Positions 61,822 through 64,000 of a DNA stretch of 64,000 nucleotides are shown here, piece after piece. The position numbers were made by a program, and so were the translations under genes. Each line of letters starts with the position of its first letter. Within the stretch, counting starts at the first letter, position 1. Under the pieces are notes generated by a model. It saw only the letters and a list, made by a program, of their open reading frames with translations. It had not been told where the DNA came from and searched no databases. The DNA is from Lentimicrobiaceae bacterium (GTDB lineage: Bacteria; Bacteroidota; Bacteroidia; Bacteroidales; JAGONC01), in contig JAGONC010000002.1 of the NCBI GenBank assembly GCA_017993235.1, forward strand, positions 44,683 to 108,682, in the 5' to 3' direction.

Positions 61822-63054
61822 ATGAAAAAAATAATTCTACTCTCTGTCGTTTTCATATGCTGTCATTTCGTGGGATTTCCCCAGCAGCGGATCCCCGTTG
61901 AAAGCCACCAAACCAAAATGGATCAGCATTATACGGAAAAAGTGTCCTTTACGGGAAGCAGAACCGATCTGGAAGCCCGGTTCACTGCCGATGTACGCTC
62001 AGGAGTAATGCCTCTTTCCGTCCAATTTACCGATGAATCGCTGGGAAACCCTGTCTCATGGGCCTGGAATTTTGGCGACGGCAGCACAAGCACTGAACAG
62101 CATTCTTTCCACACCTATCTCACAGAAGGAAAATTCAGTGTCAGGCTGACCATTTCCGACGGAACGAATACGTACACCCTTGAAAAAGAAAATTACATCA
62201 CCGTGCTGGCAGATCAGCCCAATTGTGATACACTGGATTATCCCTTCACGGGAACATATACTTATTACTTGGTCACGGGAGACGATTCAGGATATGTTTC
62301 CGGTAACAATAGTTTTATGGATAAAGCCAAGGCGAATTATTTCAATGCAATACCTGTGAACATTGAGATCCAGGGACTTTTACTTGAATTTGCTATTGCG
62401 GTTCAGAAAGCAGGTAATATGACAGATATTACATTTGCTGTTTGGGATAATTCTGGTTCAGGTGGCACACCCGGCTCCATCAGGAAGACCGCCTCCATTC
62501 CACTGTCACAGATTATCCAGGATGTTGGCAATAATACGTTTACCTATGTACAGTTCGATGAACCTTTATGGATGAATGCTCCCTTTTACGCCGGGGTGAT
62601 CCTGCCGACAACCACAGGGGATACGGTCGCACTCTGGACAAATACGGATGGAGATGCCGCAACGGGTATCGGATGGGAGCAATGGTCGGATAATGTATGG
62701 GTACCTTATTCGGATTTCGAACTCGGCGGCTGGAAATTGAAAATCGCCAACGCCATATTCCCGGTGGTCTGTGCTTCATCGCAAGGTCTGGAAAGTCAGC
62801 TTAAACAGGAAGATATTCTTATCTATCCGAATCCCGCAACCGATAAGGTCACGGTCAGGTTCAACCAGCCGAACCTCCCTGTCGTCAAAATTCAATTATA
62901 CAACATCATGGGCAGCCTGATGAATTCATTCGTTATCAATCCATTGCAGGTGAACACCACCACAATGCCCCTCCAGGGTTATACGAAAGGTTTGTACTTT
63001 ATGATCATCGAATCGGGTAATCAAAAGATAACGAGGAAGATTCACATCCTTTAG
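61822..63054 (+). CDS. PKD-domain protein with a T9SS C-terminal sorting domain
   Basis: A signal peptide is present. The PKD motif is PLSVQFTDES..WAWNFGDGSTS..H.Y...G.F.V.LT. The tail is ILIYPNPATDKVTVRF..IQLYNIMGSLM..GLYFMIIE..KIHIL. Confidence 0.85.
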   Translation: MKKIILLSVVFICCHFVGFPQQRIPVESHQTKMDQHYTEKVSFTGSRTDLEARFTADVRSGVMPLSVQFTDESLGNPVSWAWNFGDGSTSTEQHSFHTYLTEGKFSVRLTISDGTNTYTLEKENYITVLADQPNCDTLDYPFTGTYTYYLVTGDDSGYVSGNNSFMDKAKANYFNAIPVNIEIQGLLLEFAIAVQKAGNMTDITFAVWDNSGSGGTPGSIRKTASIPLSQIIQDVGNNTFTYVQFDEPLWMNAPFYAGVILPTTTGDTVALWTNTDGDAATGIGWEQWSDNVWVPYSDFELGGWKLKIANAIFPVVCASSQGLESQLKQEDILIYPNPATDKVTVRFNQPNLPVVKIQLYNIMGSLMNSFVINPLQVNTTTMPLQGYTKGLYFMIIESGNQKITRKIHIL

Positions 63055-63055
63055 G

Positions 63056-63083
63056 GATTTTTGCTTTTTGATTTTTGATCCTA
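63056..63083 (+). repeat. T-rich heptamer tract (GATTTTT GCTTTTT GATTTTT GATCCTA)
   Basis: The tract begins 1 nt after the TAG stop of the PKD gene and belongs to the same word family as 52390-52448. Confidence 0.8.
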
Positions 63084-63107
63084 TTTGCTTTTCCCGCCCG
63101 ATTTCAC

Positions 63108-63115
63108 TATATTTG
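63108..63115 (+). promoter_or_regulatory. Bacteroidota -7 box TATATTTG upstream of the usp gene
   Basis: This is an exact TAnnTTTG match 27 nt before the ATG at 63143. Confidence 0.45.
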
Positions 63116-63142
63116 TCCTCTGCTTGTTATAACCTGATCATC

Positions 63143-63598
63143 ATGCACCGATTTTTGCAAACCATTCTTGTACCGGTCGATTTTTCGGATCTGGCTGTGG
63201 ATGTCATCCAGATGGCCTCAAACCTGGCAAAGGCATTCAACAGTACCATTCGCCTGGTTCATGTCACCTCACGTCAATATCCTTACTATGTCGGACTGGA
63301 AATGACCTCTGAAGTTTTACAGGATATCGGGACGGAAGATCTGCATAAACTGGAGAACGATCTCAAGGCGATGGAGTTATACATTAAACAAAAAGGTATT
63401 GAAGTTACCTCTGTGTTGCTGGAGGGTAAAAAGGTCAGTGCGATCCTTGAAGAGAGCAACCGGATAGAAGCCGATCTGATCGTCATCGGGTCGGAAACGC
63501 TGGGACTCTTTTCCCGCACCCTTCTGGGAAGTGTAAGTGAAGGGGTTTTACGCAAAGCCAGCTGCCCGGTGCTCATCGTGCAGGAAAGGGAGACCTAG
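63143..63598 (+). CDS. Universal stress protein (UspA family)
   Basis: MHRFLQTILVPVDFSDLA.., ..ADLIVIGS and ..GSVSEGVLRKASCPVLIV are present. The internal ATG is preferred to the alternative start at 63068 in the track. Confidence 0.85.
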   Translation: MHRFLQTILVPVDFSDLAVDVIQMASNLAKAFNSTIRLVHVTSRQYPYYVGLEMTSEVLQDIGTEDLHKLENDLKAMELYIKQKGIEVTSVLLEGKKVSAILEESNRIEADLIVIGSETLGLFSRTLLGSVSEGVLRKASCPVLIVQERET

Positions 63599-63636
63599 GG
63601 CTGAAGGTACCTGGCCGGAAAGGGATCTCCCTGTTT

Positions 63637-64000
63637 TCAATCCTTGCCGTAATCGATCATTTGTGCACGCTGAAAAGGTTTTGAGCGGTTGAAGAGATAG
63701 CGGTAGGTATGGTGTGTCTTAATTACCTTCCCCCCGATATGCTCTGCCACACGGATCATCTTCGGATTGAAATCCCCTATCCAGGTCATCTCGATTTCCT
63801 TATACTGAAAACCCTTTTGATTGGCGAGCCGGCTGAAAGCCACCACGATGGCTGATTCAACCCCTTTGCCCTGGTGTTCGGGCACCACTCCGAACAACAT
63901 TCCCAGCATCTTGTTGCAAACTTTCCTTTTCTTATAATACAGAAACCTTAGCTTGTTGATCAGGTGCAGTTCACCATGCAGATGGCGGAAGATCTGATTG
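63637..64000 (-). CDS. GNAT-like acetyltransferase, C-terminal part (the 5' end lies beyond the window)
   Basis: VVPEHQGKGVESAIVVAF matches GNAT motif A (Q-x-x-G-x-G/A). The reading frame stays open to the window edge. Confidence 0.55.
   Translation of the reverse strand, partial: NQIFRHLHGELHLINKLRFLYYKKRKVCNKMLGMLFGVVPEHQGKGVESAIVVAFSRLANQKGFQYKEIEMTWIGDFNPKMIRVAEHIGGKVIKTHHTYRYLFNRSKPFQRAQMIDYGKD

Overview
This 64-kb window appears to come from a Bacteroidota chromosome. The evidence is three proteins with T9SS-type C-terminal sorting domains, a FISUMP-domain protein, a TonB-dependent receptor, TAnnTTTG -7 boxes upstream of many starts, and no Shine-Dalgarno signals. All functions are assigned from motifs I could read in the translations; no database search was possible.

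Layout, left to right:
- era (partial).
- An initiator-type tRNA-Met carrying a degenerate ~6-kb integrated island. A perfect 43-bp tRNA 3'-end direct repeat sits at 998-1040 and 6989-7031. The cargo is AT-rich: a GNAT/FemAB-like protein, a polysaccharide deacetylase and a FISUMP protein.
- A MORN lipoprotein, pyrC and a GT2.
- A four-gene exported nuclease/TonB locus (10025-17723).
- mfd, pfk, a 2-hydroxyacid dehydrogenase, rfbA, a polyprenyl synthase and an ABC-F protein.
- A 3086-aa modular T9SS cargo protein.
- An aldehyde dehydrogenase, rplU-rpmA, serS, a TPR protein and rsmA.
- A ~17-kb envelope-decoration locus (44035-61186), followed by a decayed BNR/sortilin-like gene, a PKD/T9SS protein, a Usp protein and a partial GNAT.

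The best candidate for an undescribed system is the envelope-decoration locus. It combines all four Dlt-type parts (adenylating enzyme, small carrier protein, MBOAT, SGNH/DltD-like partner). The adenylating enzymes are FAAL-type, and they are joined by a KAS III, an SDR, an Arn/Gtr-like Und-P-sugar route (DegT aminotransferase, PseH-like GNAT, ArnC-like GT2, Wzx-like flippase, TPR-fused GT-C) and two paralogous sulfotransferases.

The second striking signal is non-coding. At least seven word families of heptamer-phased tandem arrays and GC hairpin cassettes start within a few nucleotides of stop codons. One family is translated as a protein tail. A 48-bp cassette has a stem-loop that differs between copies yet keeps the same fold, and it sits at fixed spacing upstream of two start codons.
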